Positions 26,473-40,307 of a stretch of 64,000 nucleotides of DNA are shown piece by piece. A program made the translations under genes and the position numbers. The stretch is from Hamiltosporidium tvaerminnensis FI-OER-3-3 (Eukaryota > Fungi > Microsporidia), in NCBI GenBank assembly GCA_022605425.2, contig CM061247.1, positions 558,001-622,000 on the forward strand. The letters are read 5' to 3'. A model generated the notes under the pieces. That model was not told the DNA's origin, searched no databases, and saw nothing but the letters and a program-made list of their open reading frames with translations. How positions within the stretch are numbered: the stretch's first letter is position 1; each line of letters opens with the position of its first letter.

Positions 26473-27510
26473 TTATTTGATAAATTCAACAAGTCCCAAA
26501 GTATGATCGACATTTACTTTGAACATATTCTCAGTGTCAAAAATTGAAAGAAATAATAAAGTATAACAGGTATGATGACAATCTGGTGTGTTTCCGGGTT
26601 TATCACTAAAACCCCCATTTTTAATATCCTCGCATTCTTTAAAAACATAATCTTTAACACTATTAATATTAATCTGTGAAATATTCATTTTTCCTAAATT
26701 TATAAGGGCTTTTATACAGGCTCCAATCCAAAAACCATAACATGAATCTTGGTTCTTATTGGTTCTTCCCGTGAATCCACCTTTAAAATCTTTTTGCCTA
26801 TTTGAAAGCCATTCGATCAATAATGGAATATTACATTCTTCCAAAACATTCATCATTATAAGTGAGGCAACAGCACAATATGTATATCCTCCATGTGCTT
26901 CTCCACCTGGAATAGATCCAAAACCCCCCTCATAGCTTTGACATTCTAATATAAATTCTTTTGATTTCAAAAAGAGACCTGTCGTATTTATATCAGTTAG
27001 CATTCTAGAAATAGCCAAACTACAGTAAATTCCTCGCACATCTGAGTCTCCTGTTTCATATACAGAAAATGATCCATCTTCATTTTTCATATTCCACATA
27101 AATTTTACAATTTCATCTTTCTTTACTTCTTCTAACCTATTTAACATTTTCAAAGTACAAATTGAAGCATATACGTTACATAAATGTGGTGTAATTTTAT
27201 TTGAAAAATAAATTTTATGGCACTTCAAAATTTTATCTCCTAAGTGTTTGAATTCCAAGGATTTAAAATCTATATTACATACTCCACCTCTATAAGAATC
27301 CAATAAAATCAAAGAAGATATACACCAATAGGGTATCCAAACTGCAAGTGATTCATATTCTTGATCATAATTTTCTTTTAACATTTTTATTATAAATTTT
27401 TTATGTATTTCTGTATTGAAGTTTTTGTCGGCTCTCATTGTATTTTCAGATTTTGGTTTTTTTAAATTTAAAACATAATCAATACAATATGTTTCAAAGC
27501 ACCGAACCAT
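26473..27510 (-). CDS. RAM1: Protein farnesyltransferase beta subunit
   Basis: WIPYW, DVRGIYC, EGGFG...EAHGGYTYCA, GRTNK..DSCYGFW, DKPG..PD..HT.Y. Confidence 0.85.
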   Translation of the reverse strand: MVRCFETYCIDYVLNLKKPKSENTMRADKNFNTEIHKKFIIKMLKENYDQEYESLAVWIPYWCISSLILLDSYRGGVCNIDFKSLEFKHLGDKILKCHKIYFSNKITPHLCNVYASICTLKMLNRLEEVKKDEIVKFMWNMKNEDGSFSVYETGDSDVRGIYCSLAISRMLTDINTTGLFLKSKEFILECQSYEGGFGSIPGGEAHGGYTYCAVASLIMMNVLEECNIPLLIEWLSNRQKDFKGGFTGRTNKNQDSCYGFWIGACIKALINLGKMNISQININSVKDYVFKECEDIKNGGFSDKPGNTPDCHHTCYTLLFLSIFDTENMFKVNVDHTLGLVEFIK

Positions 27511-27640
27511 TTTTTATAGAAATACTTAAATTCGTATCGCTTTTTCTCTATTTTAACATTTTAGGTCTCATCATAGGTACGACTCTTATTTTTTTTACTA
27601 AATAGTTTGATATTTGTGATTAATAATTTTTTCTATTGAT

Positions 27641-30600
27641 ATGGCTGGACAGAGCTTCACAGGTACTATAATGAGAAATTCGGCTGCACTGAAACTCTCG
27701 AAGTGTTAAAAAAAATTGGCACAAAGTGAGATGAGAAAGGATGTAAAATCAGAAGAGAATGGAGAGCGACGTATAATCGCAACTTGTCTCACTGAGCCAT
27801 GCACCCTGACTGACACTACGGAGTAAATAAACTTGATAGATAAATTTTGAGCAAAATCAAAGAAATCTCGGAGAAGGAAATTGGAAAACTCTTGTTTCGA
27901 ATTCGAAAACTTCCAAGTGACTTGGTTGAAGGTAAAGTTTTGAAACTCATAAATCGGATCACATGTGAATTGCTGAATTTCATGTGCCTAAGAATGTTAG
28001 TGATGCAGCTCAAATCATTCAGGCAGCCCAGGTATGTTATGACGAGGAAAAGCGTAAGGAGAAGCCTAGATCCGCTTGGAAGGAAAACATAGCAAGTAAA
28101 ATTTCTAAGTTAGTCTTTCCAAAGATCTTCTCGAGAAGGCTCGTAAGCAGGAAAAGCTCTCCACTTCGGAAACGAAGAGCCTTAAGAAAATCATGCGAGA
28201 GTTTAATTTAAACTTGAGCAGTGTAACTGATCTTTCTGAGGCTTTGGTTAAGAAGAATGAGCCTTTGAATGTTTACAAGAAAAAAATTACGATGTATGAA
28301 AGTAGAAAGCAATTCCGAAAAGAGAATCGTATGTTTGAGCTTTTCCGAGGTCGATTTTATTGTGGGTTATCTGAGCGTGTAGAATCCGAGCATGTGGTTA
28401 GCCGTGATGAAATTGTGAGTTTTTGGTCTACAATGTGGAACAAAAATGATGACACAGTCACGTATGATGATTATTTGATTCCATTTGTATCAGATAATCA
28501 TCCGACCACGTTTCCTTCACTTGATGAATTTGTAAATATCATTAATTGGCTTCCCAATTGAAAAGCTGCTGGAATTGATGGTATTTACAATTTTTTCATT
28601 AAGAAACTTAAAACTCTTCACAAATATATTAATGATATTGTGAAAGTTATATGTTTAGAAGGAACACCTCAAGCTGATTGGTTTTACTGCGGGCTTACGT
28701 ATTTGATACTGAAAGGAATTCCACGAAGAGGCTCTGACTACAGGCCAATCACTTGTATGTCCAACCTCTATAAGTTAACGACAAAGTGGTAACGAAAGTC
28801 GTTTAACTTGAAGTGGAAAGGCAAGGGTTGCTTGCAGAGAACCAATTAGAGGCGGTAAGAGGTGTGCAGGGAGCGAAAGAGCAGGCTCTACTGAATATTG
28901 CCTTAAATAAAGAGTATGGAAATAATCTTAAGGCAACATGGATTGATGTTAAAAAAGCTTATGATTCAATAGATCATGCTTATTTAACTTAATGCATTTA
29001 AAACCTCAATCTACCTGATTGCATCCTGAAATTTATTAAGGTAATTATATCGAAATGGACAATCGATATATCAGTAGGGCCTCAAAAAATCATGAGCAAG
29101 AAGATTGATAGAGGGATTCTACAAGGAGATAGTCTGTCACCATTGTTATTTGTGTTGTGTATGGATCCATTAAGCCGAAAGCTTAATGAAAAATACACAA
29201 AAGTGACAGTACAAACAGATGCAGAATCCAATTCTACTAATCATCTCTTGTTTATTGATGATATTAAGCTCCTTGCAAAAGACAGTTCTACATTAGTGCT
29301 ATGACAGGCGAGGCAAAGGAATTTTTAGAGGTGATTGGCTTAGAGATTAACAAAGAGAAGTCAGCCACAAATGATAAGTGTTATGAAGATACTGCTACTC
29401 TTTTAGAAGGAGTTAGTGTTTACAAATATTTAGGTATAATAGAAGATAGCAGAGGAATCCCAACACGTAGCTCATTTGAAGAAGTACAGAGCAAACTTAT
29501 ATCAAGAGTTGAAAGACTTTGTCACACTAGATTAAATGCAAAAAATTTATTTTCTGCAATCAATCAACATGCGATATCGTTAATCAACTACCACATAGGA
29601 GTACTTCGACTTGAACCGGCTGACTTCTCTAAGTTAGATGATGCAGTGCGTGCGGTGCGCGTGAAGAATAAGATACATCTCCGCCTAGGATGTAAAGAGC
29701 GTTTGTATCTTCCTAGAACAGAACTTGGAAGAGGCCTACATAGTGTTGAGTTGCGAAGCGAAAATATGCTTCTGCAACTCTTGGATTGTCTGGAAAAAAG
29801 TAAAGAAATATCAACTAGATAAGCAGCAATCCTCAAGGTGAGAATAATAATAAAATCCATCTCGCACTAATGAAAGGCTTCTTAAAAGTAAAGTACAGGT
29901 TGGTAGAAGAAGTCACTAAGAAAAGTTTAGAAGAAGCTCAACTTACAAAACTATATAACGAAATAGAAAAACGAAAACTCCATTCAAAGTTATATAATGC
30001 AAGAAAAAATGAGCTTGTAAGTGTTAGTAACTCTTCAAGATGGCTAAAGAGAGGAAATATTAGGCCAAGAAATGAAGCTGTGTTCTGCTATATCCAGGAT
30101 AGAAATGTATTCTGGGGAGCAGATGGTGTGTTTCAACATTGCGGGAAGTCTGGTAAGACTGTAGATCATCTAGCAACTCAATGTGAAAAAATGCTAGGCC
30201 ATGACTACACCAGACGACATAATGAAGTGGTTAGATGCCTATACTTACTTCTCATAAATAGATATAAGTTTAAGTCTTCAAAACGAATTAGGAGTCACTC
30301 AGTTCAAGAAATTCTAGATAATGAGTATGCAGAGGTAAGAGTGGACACCAGAATAAAAACGGATGTTAAAATTCGGAATAACAGACCCGACATATTTATT
30401 TTAGATAAGAAGAAGAATAAGATAACACTCATTGAAGTAGGAATCACTTCCCAAGATTCACTTCAAATAGTTGAAACTGAAAAACTTAGGATGTATGACG
30501 AGCTAGATAATGAGTTGGGTTTTATTTATATGTGAGTGTTGAGATAATCTCTTATGTGATGACCTGGGACGGTATTCTGACAAAATACCATAGATCTCAT

Positions 30601-31005
30601 CTCAAAAGACTAGAAATACCCATGAATGTAGAGGCATACATTCAGTCTATAGTAATTAAGAAGACAGTCGAAACAATTTCCTTTGATCGACGAAGAGGAC
30701 TTGAGTCAGGACTGAATGTCGAAGAGAGCTGGGAGAGAGCTTCAATCGATGTTATTGAGAGATTCGAGGTGCCCGAGGAACTAGCATTTTTTTAAAACGA
30801 GGTAATAAGGAGGAATATGGTGTTAAAAATAGTAAAAAGAGAAAAAATACACCCTTTATTTCACAAGGAGGAACCACTTTAGAGGAACCGACCAATAACA
30901 TAAATAAAGAGTCGGATTTGGAAGAGACAAAAGTCGTTAAAGAGGTAGAAGAAAACATATAAAAATGGTAAACCTATTTTAACTCATAATTTTATTAAAT
31001 ATTTA
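27641..31005 (+). mobile_element. 5'-truncated, frameshifted RLE-type non-LTR retrotransposon (R4/Dong/NeSL-like), copy 1
   Basis: RT motifs (YRPITC, DVKKAYDS, GILQGDSLSPLLF, LFIDD, YKYLG), degenerate CCHC knuckle, RHN..RPDI..IEV endonuclease; flanked by TTTTTCTATTGAT at 27628-27640 and 31006-31018. Confidence 0.95.
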
Positions 31006-31337
31006 TTTTTCTATTGATTTCTCAATAAAAAACTAAAATATTTTAACCTGACTAAATAAGTAATTAGAAAACATTTTTGTAATTTACCAAAATAAAATAT
31101 ATTGTTGTGAAATTTAAGTTATAGATGGCGTTTTGATCTATTAAAAAGAAATTTTAAATTTTTTGAGATTTTTAAATTTATAAGATTTAATAAATCATAG
31201 TTGTGATTTAAACCAACATATAGTTAACTACATCCAGGATATGATATTTTTACCAATAAAAATTTATTAAATTAATAAAATTTTCTTTCCTATAATAGAT
31301 TAAATAAAAATGAACAAATACACACCATTTAATTTTA

Positions 31338-31626
31338 TTAACTGCATATACGGTTAATAGATTCTCCTATTTTGGAATTCCTATCTATTCTCTGACAAAG
31401 CCGTTCTTTGTGCGACTCTGAAATATAATTTTTGATAAAATTAGGCATATTTGATGATTTTGTGTAATTTCTCTGTATAGTATCCATTTTTACGCAATAT
31501 CTAATTATTTATAGCCTTTATACAAACTCTATTCCAACATTCATGATAATTAGATGGAGTAATGTTAATATCATTACCTGTTGTAATTATAAAACCGTAT
31601 AAAATTAAAATTGAAAAGATTATCAT
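31338..31626 (-). pseudogene. Small secreted four-cysteine protein, frameshifted paralog of 23633-23884
   Basis: MIIFSILILYGFIITTGNDINITPSNYHECWNRVCIKAI / LRKNGYYTEKL / NMPNFIKNYISESHKERLCQRIDRNSKIGESINRICS*. Confidence 0.7.
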
Positions 31627-33859
31627 TCTTGTATAAACATTTTCTTTTGTTTATTATATACTTTAAGATTGAATTTGGTAAAAATTTTATCAAAATTTAA
31701 ATCTTTATTTTGCTTTAATTAAAAGTTTAATCAGTTTAAATTAATTTCTTGTTTAAAATTTTTTTGCTTTTTTAATAAAAGATAAGATAATTTGTTTTTA
31801 AATGTTAGTTTGTATGTGTTTTGTATATTAAAAACATTGTATCATTTTTTTGTTGGAATTAGTCATTGGATTGCCTGTTTTAAAAATAAATTAAAATTTA
31901 ATACCGACCTGGAAACTCATATACAAAAATATAAATTTTCTATCTTACAAGAGATCTTGACAGAAATAAATCAAGCGAAAATGAAGATAAAATGTTATTT
32001 AAGGTTTTAAAGATTATTCGAAGCTATGATGTTTTTCAAAACCTGCTTTCTATTGATTAAAATCAAATATTGCAGACTTAAAATTTTGAAAAAAATTATA
32101 CAAAAAACTAACTAAAATAATTCTCTATACTAAATTAACATTAAAAGTGGCGCATTACCTATCAAGTATAGCGTTTGTCTACTAGTTTTAGTTTTTTTGA
32201 TTCAAAATATATATTACATATGTATTAAAAAATGAAGCTCAGTATTTTGATAAGATTAAAATGTCCATATATCATGCTAAATATCAGCATAAAAAACCAC
32301 TTAAGCCTCGTGTTACATACCTGGCTATTTTTTTCTTTAGATTGTCTAAAAAAATAAAGAAATATCAATGTAAAAGATCAAAATCCAAGCATGCAAATAA
32401 TAATAAAATTCCAGTATCTTTTTAAAGTTTCTAGCAAACCAAAATACAGAAGGGTTTCAGGTGTTACAAAAGGAGAAATGTACGAATTCTGTTTGCCCCC
32501 ACAGAGTGATAGAAAAAATATACACAACCTGTGGATACTAGAAACTAAAGCGGTACTTGTACAATTAGATCTTATAAATCATATAAATAAATATTTTTCA
32601 TTGTAGAAAATTTTTGGAAAGTGTAATATATAACAAAATTTAATTATGAGCGACACAGGAAATTTATACATATTTTAAGGGTGTGTAAAACCAACGGTCC
32701 AATAAGCCTCTAAAAATGAAAGGTTATTACTATTTTGGCTTATCTCAACTCTCCGAAGTCTCAAACAGGACATCTTTGTCTTTTAAACAAAATAAATTTT
32801 AGTTTAAATTAGATTGGGCACCAATATTTGTAAATAATTTTTCTAATGAGTATGCGCAGTAATTGTAAATACCAGAATGAAAAAAATAGAAACCGCGATC
32901 ATATTGTCTAATATATTTGGTTTAATATAAAAATTAAACAGATCAGATTCATCAAAGCCGAAAATAACTTGTAAAAAATCTTTAAATTGCCGAAATCAAA
33001 AAACTGAGAAACAAACTATAGATATGTATAGCTTCTTAAAATAATTTTTATGTCATTATGTGAGAATTAATTATATAAATATCATGAAATCTATAAGTAT
33101 ACCCCTTAGCTTTATAATAGAAACAAAAAAACGAGTCTAGTCTGCTATAATATAGCCATAACCGCTGTCCTTAACCAGATATAATCATAGATGGATATAT
33201 GAAATCTTAAGTGAAAAAAATTTTCGGTCGACATATAGGTGATGAAATCATATAAAAACACGATTTATAAAATTTCATAACGATGAATATTGATTATTAG
33301 CACATATCTAAGATTTTTAATTTAAACTGCAATAAAATTATCTAAAAAATCCTGTTAAAAAAATAGCATGTAGATACATTAAAGAGATTATATCCCCATA
33401 TGGAGGCAGAAAAAAAGGTATGATGTTACAATAAACTTATATCAAATGCTTTTCACGACAAAAATAAATATATTACTGTAAAATATTAGAGCGAAACTTC
33501 AAATTTTTTTGTCTGAGTTTAAAATTTTAAGACATTCTCGCAAACCTTTAAGTTTTTAAATATTTAAATTAAAAATTATTACTTTATAAAGAGTCCCTAG
33601 TCTGTATGTAAAACATGGCTAATAGTTTATAGAAAGCTTAATTTGGAAACTCAACAGAAATCCCAAATAGAATGACAGTGGGAAAACACAGCGGCAATTT
33701 TATAAATAATATTTATCCGAGGAAATCTATTTTTTGTCATAAGATCGTCTTTTAAATCCCAAATTACACTATTTTTCCTTTATATATTTTTTGTATTCCA
33801 AATATACGTTTATATGAATACATACGTATTGAAAAACTTAAGTTTATTTTCTATTTTAC

Positions 33860-34330
33860 TTACTTACTCCATGGCCTTACCGCTCATTAAGAATTCTAGT
33901 TTCATTTACTAATAACTTCCACCTCCAAAATCAAGCGCTAATTTTTTCTATTCGCCTATACCAAAGTTAAATGAGATCTTTTTTAACATCATTTAGCCAT
34001 CTAGTTTTTTACGGCTAGGAAGTCTGGGACCTTCGACTTAAACAAATACACTTTTTTTAAAGCTCTACTCTTGGTATTCGTTGAAAATAACTCAGATGTG
34101 GGGTCATGGTTCTTTAAACATCGCTTACCAGTCCTGTATTAATTTTTAAATGTTGGAGCTGGATGTTGTTACGAAATCTTTACTCTCCTTACTGGTTTCT
34201 TATTGATCTGTATATTCTCCGTGGAATCTTCCGTTCCTATATGCCCGGTATCGCTTCATTACGTTTGCCAATATTCAAGTTTGCAGCCGATTTTTTTCTT
34301 GCTTATTATAATTAGCTTTCATTTAATCTT
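33860..34330 (-). mobile_element. Possible decayed Gypsy integrase C-terminal remnant
   Basis: GC-richer broken coding-like patch with motifs loosely like the GPY/F region; no intact frame. Confidence 0.2.
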
Positions 34331-35209
34331 ATTCCGATAAAATCTTTGCAAATTAAAAGTAATATCATTAAATCTTTCTAAAAATATTTCTATAAGGTTA
34401 AATTTTTAAAAATCGCTTGCGTATACAATTTTAAAAAATTTTTTCCCGATACACATGCTAGTAATATTCCTTTTGTGCAATTATGCAATTTAAAAAAATA
34501 TTAGAAATCGATATTTCAACTACAATTTTTATTATATTATTTCGGAAATGAAAATTTATAGAAAAATCTTGATTGTAAGAGATTGATTCGTCTTTTGATC
34601 TTTAAATTGTGTAAAAAGTAGTTAGTTTAACTACAACATCAAGCAACAAGATTTTTGTATCACAGATTTAAAATAAGGCTATAAAAGATAAAGAAGATGG
34701 CAGGGACGCCTAATTTGCTGGTCAGCATCTAAAGTTGTCATGACTTGAAATTTAATTTCGAAATATAATTGATAAAAGATAAACCGCGATAAATAGCTTA
34801 AGGACTTAAATTTGGACAGCAGTTTCTACAGGTTAAGTAAAAAAAATTAGTTTGAGGCTATCTTCATAATGGAATCAATGAATATGACAACACTCTTAGA
34901 ATTATGTCGCATGCAGGAATACAAATATAAACATATGGAACAATTTGAAATGGTTTAGAGGAATAAACTTTTTAAATTTAAATTTATTAAAATGAATAAT
35001 AAAAAAAGTAGAAAATATTTAAGAACTCTTCAAACTCAAATAATATATCAAAATTTTCACATCTTAAATTTAAAACTGTCCAAGGAATTTAAAGCAGTAA
35101 ATAAGCAAAAAATTTTATTTAATTTTAAAGAGTTTTTCTTCATAAATAAATTGATTATATTTAATTAAAAAGTAGCTTAGATTGACAAAACATGTTTTTT
35201 ATTTAAGTT

Positions 35210-35614
35210 TTAATTCTCAGCATTTAATTTGGAAACTGAATCTTCAATAATCTTCTGAACATAATCACTATCAACCTTTGCCACTTTCCAAGTTATTCTT
35301 AAACACTCTGAATCGTTAACATACGGAATAATGTGAAAGTGTACATGTGGCACAGATTGTATGTGTCCGTTATTTTGTAATATATTGTATTTTATAATTC
35401 CACATTTTTTTACAATCATTTTTATTAGCGGCAAAATAGGTAATATATCTTGATCCTCTAACTCATGAAAGTATTGGGCATGTTTACGAGGAATAACTAG
35501 TAGGTGTCCTTTTGCTAATGGATTAATATCTGCTATTACTACATGTCGATCAGTAGAATAAATAATATTCAGTTGCTTTGCACAAATCATACAAAAAATA
35601 CATTCATCAGCCAT
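35210..35614 (-). CDS. HNT1: HIT family nucleotide hydrolase (Hint/Hnt1)
   Basis: MADECIFC, DINPLAKGHLLVIP, QSVPHVHFHIIP histidine triad; start placed at ATG 35614 after CCCCC rather than the TTG at 35650. Confidence 0.93.
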   Translation of the reverse strand: MADECIFCMICAKQLNIIYSTDRHVVIADINPLAKGHLLVIPRKHAQYFHELEDQDILPILPLIKMIVKKCGIIKYNILQNNGHIQSVPHVHFHIIPYVNDSECLRITWKVAKVDSDYVQKIIEDSVSKLNAEN

Positions 35615-36299
35615 TTTAGGGGGTAAAATATTTAACGAAAATATATCCAAATTTAAAATTGATTTTTTTGTATAATAGTTGTTTGCAAGTTATATTTAAA
35701 GAAAAAAACTAGAATGACTATATAAGAATTTATTGAAAAATACTTTAAAGAAATACTTCATCACTAATTTGTTGTGAAATAAAATATTTTTGCTTCTTAT
35801 ATATTGCCTCGCTTATAAAAATTTTATTTATGAAATACTTCCTTTTCTAAAAGCAAGATAATTGAGAATTAAAGAAAAAAATATACAATCAATGATTGTT
35901 TAAATTAAATTTATGATGCGTTTTATTTTCCAAATACCATTTCATTTAAATTTTTAATTCCAATTATTCAAATCTTATCCATCTGCAAAAAGATTAACAT
36001 TTATGTAAACGCAATTTTTGTTTATATAGCGGAAATCTTCAGGTTTAATTCTTTTTTTTGCCCGAAAATATTCTTTTTTTGCCTAAAAATATTCATTTTT
36101 AAGTAAATGTTAGTTTTTATTATTATGTGATTTTTTTGCTAGTTTTAAAACTAAAATGAAGCATTTATATAATATTTTAAACAATATGTGCATAAATTTG
36201 CAATTTTGCTTATTTCAATCGAAAAAAATAACCAATATAATTGTTTGAAAAGTATTAATTATAAGAAAAAATTTGAATAAGAAATTGGTGTGTATAAAA

Positions 36300-37480
36300 A
36301 GAAAAAACACTTCCTTCAAGATGAATAAAGGAATGATGTAATACATACAAACCAAAAAGATAATAATTGATTCCGAATCAAAGTACTTCCTATATAAAAC
36401 CTTACCTTACATAAATAAACAAGTTGGTTTTTTACACGTGAACGTGTCTAAAAATCACTTCTCTGGTCAAGGCTGGCACTTGCAAGCTGTCGTATAATAT
36501 TTAGAATATATTCTCAACTATTTGGGACGAAAATAGATTTAGAATTCTAGAAATTATAATCGAAACATGTTATTAATAACAGAAATAACCTAAGAGGGTT
36601 TGCATTGAGAACAAGGTGTGCGAATCTAGAAAACTTTAGCAGAATTTTATAAGTATCATAAGAGAAAATTATTTATTCCATACGTCTCGATATGTTAAAA
36701 ACATAGCATACAATTAAATTAAAGTGGGATATGACAAGAAAAGCGCAAATAGTGACATATTTTCCACCTGTCTCATCAATCTATGTTCCTGTCAGATAGA
36801 CTCTAATAAATACGCACAAAGATAAATATTTGAGTGAAATTAAAGAAGAATATAAACTAGAAGAAATCGAAGCGAATTTTTTAAAGCGAATCGAAATACC
36901 TTATTTCTTATATTTTCCAAAAATAGAAAGATGGATATGTAACTGAGTCAAATACAAGAGTTAAACGTATTATAATTGTGCGCAATCATGCTATGGCTAA
37001 GAAAAACATAAAAAGAAATCTGGATCAGCTTGAAAAAAAACATAGAAATACAAAAATTTTTAAGTTAGTAATTAAAGGTTTCCATGTGACGCTTCGCATA
37101 TAATTAAAATTATCTACAGCTGATACAAATATAAATAAGAAAAGCATTCAAGATTTTAATTTAAACCTGCACAGAAAATCATCTTTCTGAAGCTTCATTA
37201 ACAAAGAATAAGTCTTTATATTGTTATTTTTTAAAATTTTCGATTTTTGAAAGAAGAAGGCGTTTCCAAATCGTAACCTTCCCTTGTGATATTCCAAGCT
37301 CGATATTATCTTGGTTATTCATAGGAGTTAACATGCGCACTTGGTTAATCTTGAAAAATCGTTTTTATTCCCAATGCGTAACAAAAATAATTACGTAGTC
37401 ACGTATTTTGATTATCTGATGGCTTTTACAATAGATGATTCCCATGGACACATTTATGTAACTTGATAAGCTTATAAATA
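36300..37480 (+). mobile_element. Old, deleted RLE non-LTR retrotransposon relic
   Basis: Ordered degenerate patches resembling the LSP.LF.L, KPDII, EVGIT and WDG motifs of the younger copies. Confidence 0.3.
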
Positions 37481-37589
37481 TAATTAGTTGAGTTCTTAGT
37501 TGTAAATCTTCTTAAATTGATTGATATTTATAATTTTTTTTATCATGAAACTCACAATTATTTCAAAATATCTTTATGCAGAGGTCAAT

Positions 37590-38307
37590 TTTTAAAAAGT
37601 ATTTCATATTTTCAAAATAGCGGCAAGTTTTAGATTTGTTTTTATGACATTAACACAGTTCTAGGTTTATCATGAATAACTGCTACCCCAACACTCCACC
37701 GGTAACTCCAGCGATACCTACATCCCAAAGCCTTTCATCTATCAGGTGTGTACAACCCAATTAATAGGCGATGGCGTTGCCCGGGGTTTGTTATATGTCC
37801 GTTGCATGGAGTGTGATCAAAGCCCCCCGGGCTCCTCCAGGACTATGCAGCATTCCCATTTACTCTAAACTTTTCGAACCCAATGAAATTAAAGCTAAGA
37901 TATATTTCAGAGACTTAAATGGAGTCTACCTAGACAGTGCAATGCCATACCAACGGGTATAATCAGCTACTTAGCTCTCCCGGCTTTTAATGGTTTTTAT
38001 TTTTATATCTCCCAGCCGCTAAGTCTTCTAAACCGAGTGAGAAAGGCTAAGTTTCCATGCTTTTACATGGCAATTACCTATAAGTTTAGGTGCGGTCTGC
38101 AATATGGTTACGTGAAAAAAACTACAAATAAATTTGTGGAAGAAGTTTCGCCATTTCTTAGACCTCTCCTCCTCATAACAATTCTCATGGAACAACCGAA
38201 GATATAGTGTAGTTTTATTGCCACAAAAAATCCAAACAATTACCTCATACCAGTATCACACACTCATTACAACCAGAAAGTTTTTTATGTGGTTATCCTC
38301 CCTTCAC
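37590..38307 (-). repeat. Dispersed repeat family, copy D
   Basis: High collinear similarity to the 61.7-62.45 kb copy. Confidence 0.92.
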
Positions 38308-39497
38308 AATTGCAATTTAACATGATAAATATTATAAAGCTATAAATTAAGTTATTATACAGGAAATAGCAGTCGATTCAGCTAAAAAAAGACAGATGAA
38401 TCACTTTTTATACAAAAAATCTAATAAACCAAAACTAAATGTGGATGAAAATCATTAACTTATTTAATGAAAAACTGTGATTCATAACGATTCTTAAACC
38501 AGTTAATTGCTTACACAAACAAATTAATAACATTTTAACTAAAAAATCACAAACTCTAATTTATAAATATACTTAAAAAAAATTATCAATAAAAATATGA
38601 AGAGAAAACTTAAATTATACTTACTATGTAGAGATACAGTCAAAATTTATGAAAAAAAAATTTTACCCAAAAATTAATTAATATGAGCTAAATACCTTTA
38701 AATTTATTATAATCATTTTAGATCGTTTGAATGAAAATATTTTTTATGTTTCATAAAATAACATTTCGCCTGTAAATGACTAAATTTATATTTGAAACCA
38801 AAACAGAACCTCTCTAGGATCATTATTAACATCTATACAGGATATATCGAAAATGAAACGCCATCTATAATCATTATTTCAATGAATCATCACAAACCAA
38901 AGAGAGCTTTACCATGAGTTATTATTTAATACAACAGAATATCATATTTAGCATTTTTTTCTTTCAAATTTCTAAATATTGTATTTCGTTATAAAGATAT
39001 TTGTATTTTTTTCGTCAAATACTTTCAAATTATTATAGAAGTTACGAATATCGTTTAGAAAATACAATTTAGGAACAAAATCTAACATTAATTATATTTC
39101 TTGAAATACTAATCATTAAAATTTTAATTTGTTGTTTTTATAAAAAATAAATTCATAAAGATTTATTTGCATGTAATATTAATTGACTAGCTTCTAAAAA
39201 AAATATTTAAATTCGAATTATTTTATTTAAGATCAAAGATACAATATTTTTTCTATTTAAACATAATATTTTCTTCATTTATTTATTCTATCCAATTAAG
39301 TCAGATATTTACGCTTAATTTATTGTAAAACTTTTGCTGTTTATTATATTGATCTACATTTCTATACAAAAAAATTTGTAATTAAAAATTATTTAAGTAG
39401 AATAACGAATTTTAAAAGGGATTTATAAATAATTAACAGTAGAAATTCTTTTTAAATTTTTAAATATTTTTTTTAATTAATTCATTTTGGATTCAAT

Positions 39498-40307
39498 TTA
39501 AAGAAAAGAAATCTTTCCAGACTCAATCAATGAACAAACATAAACAACAATTGTCATAAAGCAAAACCCACTAAAAATAGCACATATCTTGTTCATATTA
39601 ATTCTTCTAATCTTGTTTTTACTGTTTGAATGAAAATGAAATTCAGAATTTAACATTTCAATAAATCCGATGTAAAAAAATGAACCAGAGGAAATTCCTG
39701 TCATTATTAGTTTTACATCCATAAAACTTGAAGTATTTTTTACCTTTTCAATCACATAAAATCCTAAAAGTGTACCAATGGGTGTGAGTGCAGAATATAT
39801 CACAATAAGTGACATGATAACTTTTTTTGGAAACGGTGCGGTCATTATAGACACACCAAGAGCAAATGCCTCAACCCATTTGTGTCCAATTAAACCAGTA
39901 ATATACCATTTAAGTGCCTGTCCAGTCTTTGCTGGGATTCCCAATCCCTCCAAAAATGAATGCAAACTCAACGCGATAACGAAAATCAATGCTTGTGCTT
40001 GCGTAACATTTTCTGGTAAAGAATCATGATCATGTTGTGTTGCATTTAAATACAGCTTATCAATACTAAACAAAATCAAAAAACTTATTCCAGAAAAAAG
40101 CGGTGCGAGACACGAATTCGGTTCTTCATAAAGATCCGGAAAAATATGAAATATCATAGTACTAAGAATAACACCTCCAGCCAAACATTTAGTATAAGAA
40201 GACAATTTTGTTTTAGAAAATACTTTATACGAACAAGCAAAAAGAAAAGTGAATATAAAAAGAAAAACTGAAAGAAGAAATATTTCTGTCTGTGAACCTT
40301 CAAACAT
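39498..40307 (-). CDS. ZIP family zinc/iron transporter
   Basis: Multiple TM helices; GGVILSTMIFHIFP, ALSLHSFLEGLG, HKWVEAFALG, TPIG. Confidence 0.93.
   Translation of the reverse strand: MFEGSQTEIFLLSVFLFIFTFLFACSYKVFSKTKLSSYTKCLAGGVILSTMIFHIFPDLYEEPNSCLAPLFSGISFLILFSIDKLYLNATQHDHDSLPENVTQAQALIFVIALSLHSFLEGLGIPAKTGQALKWYITGLIGHKWVEAFALGVSIMTAPFPKKVIMSLIVIYSALTPIGTLLGFYVIEKVKNTSSFMDVKLIMTGISSGSFFYIGFIEMLNSEFHFHSNSKNKIRRINMNKICAIFSGFCFMTIVVYVCSLIESGKISFL

Noticed and set aside
37771-37962. Short ORFs inside repeat copies (also 22563, 54511, 61889, 62353)
   Set aside because: Frames and lengths are not conserved among copies.
37900-38215. Group I intron R/S-like words (TTCAGAGACTTA, GAAGATATAGTG) in the dispersed repeat
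   Set aside because: P7 pairing fails and the words are not conserved across copies.
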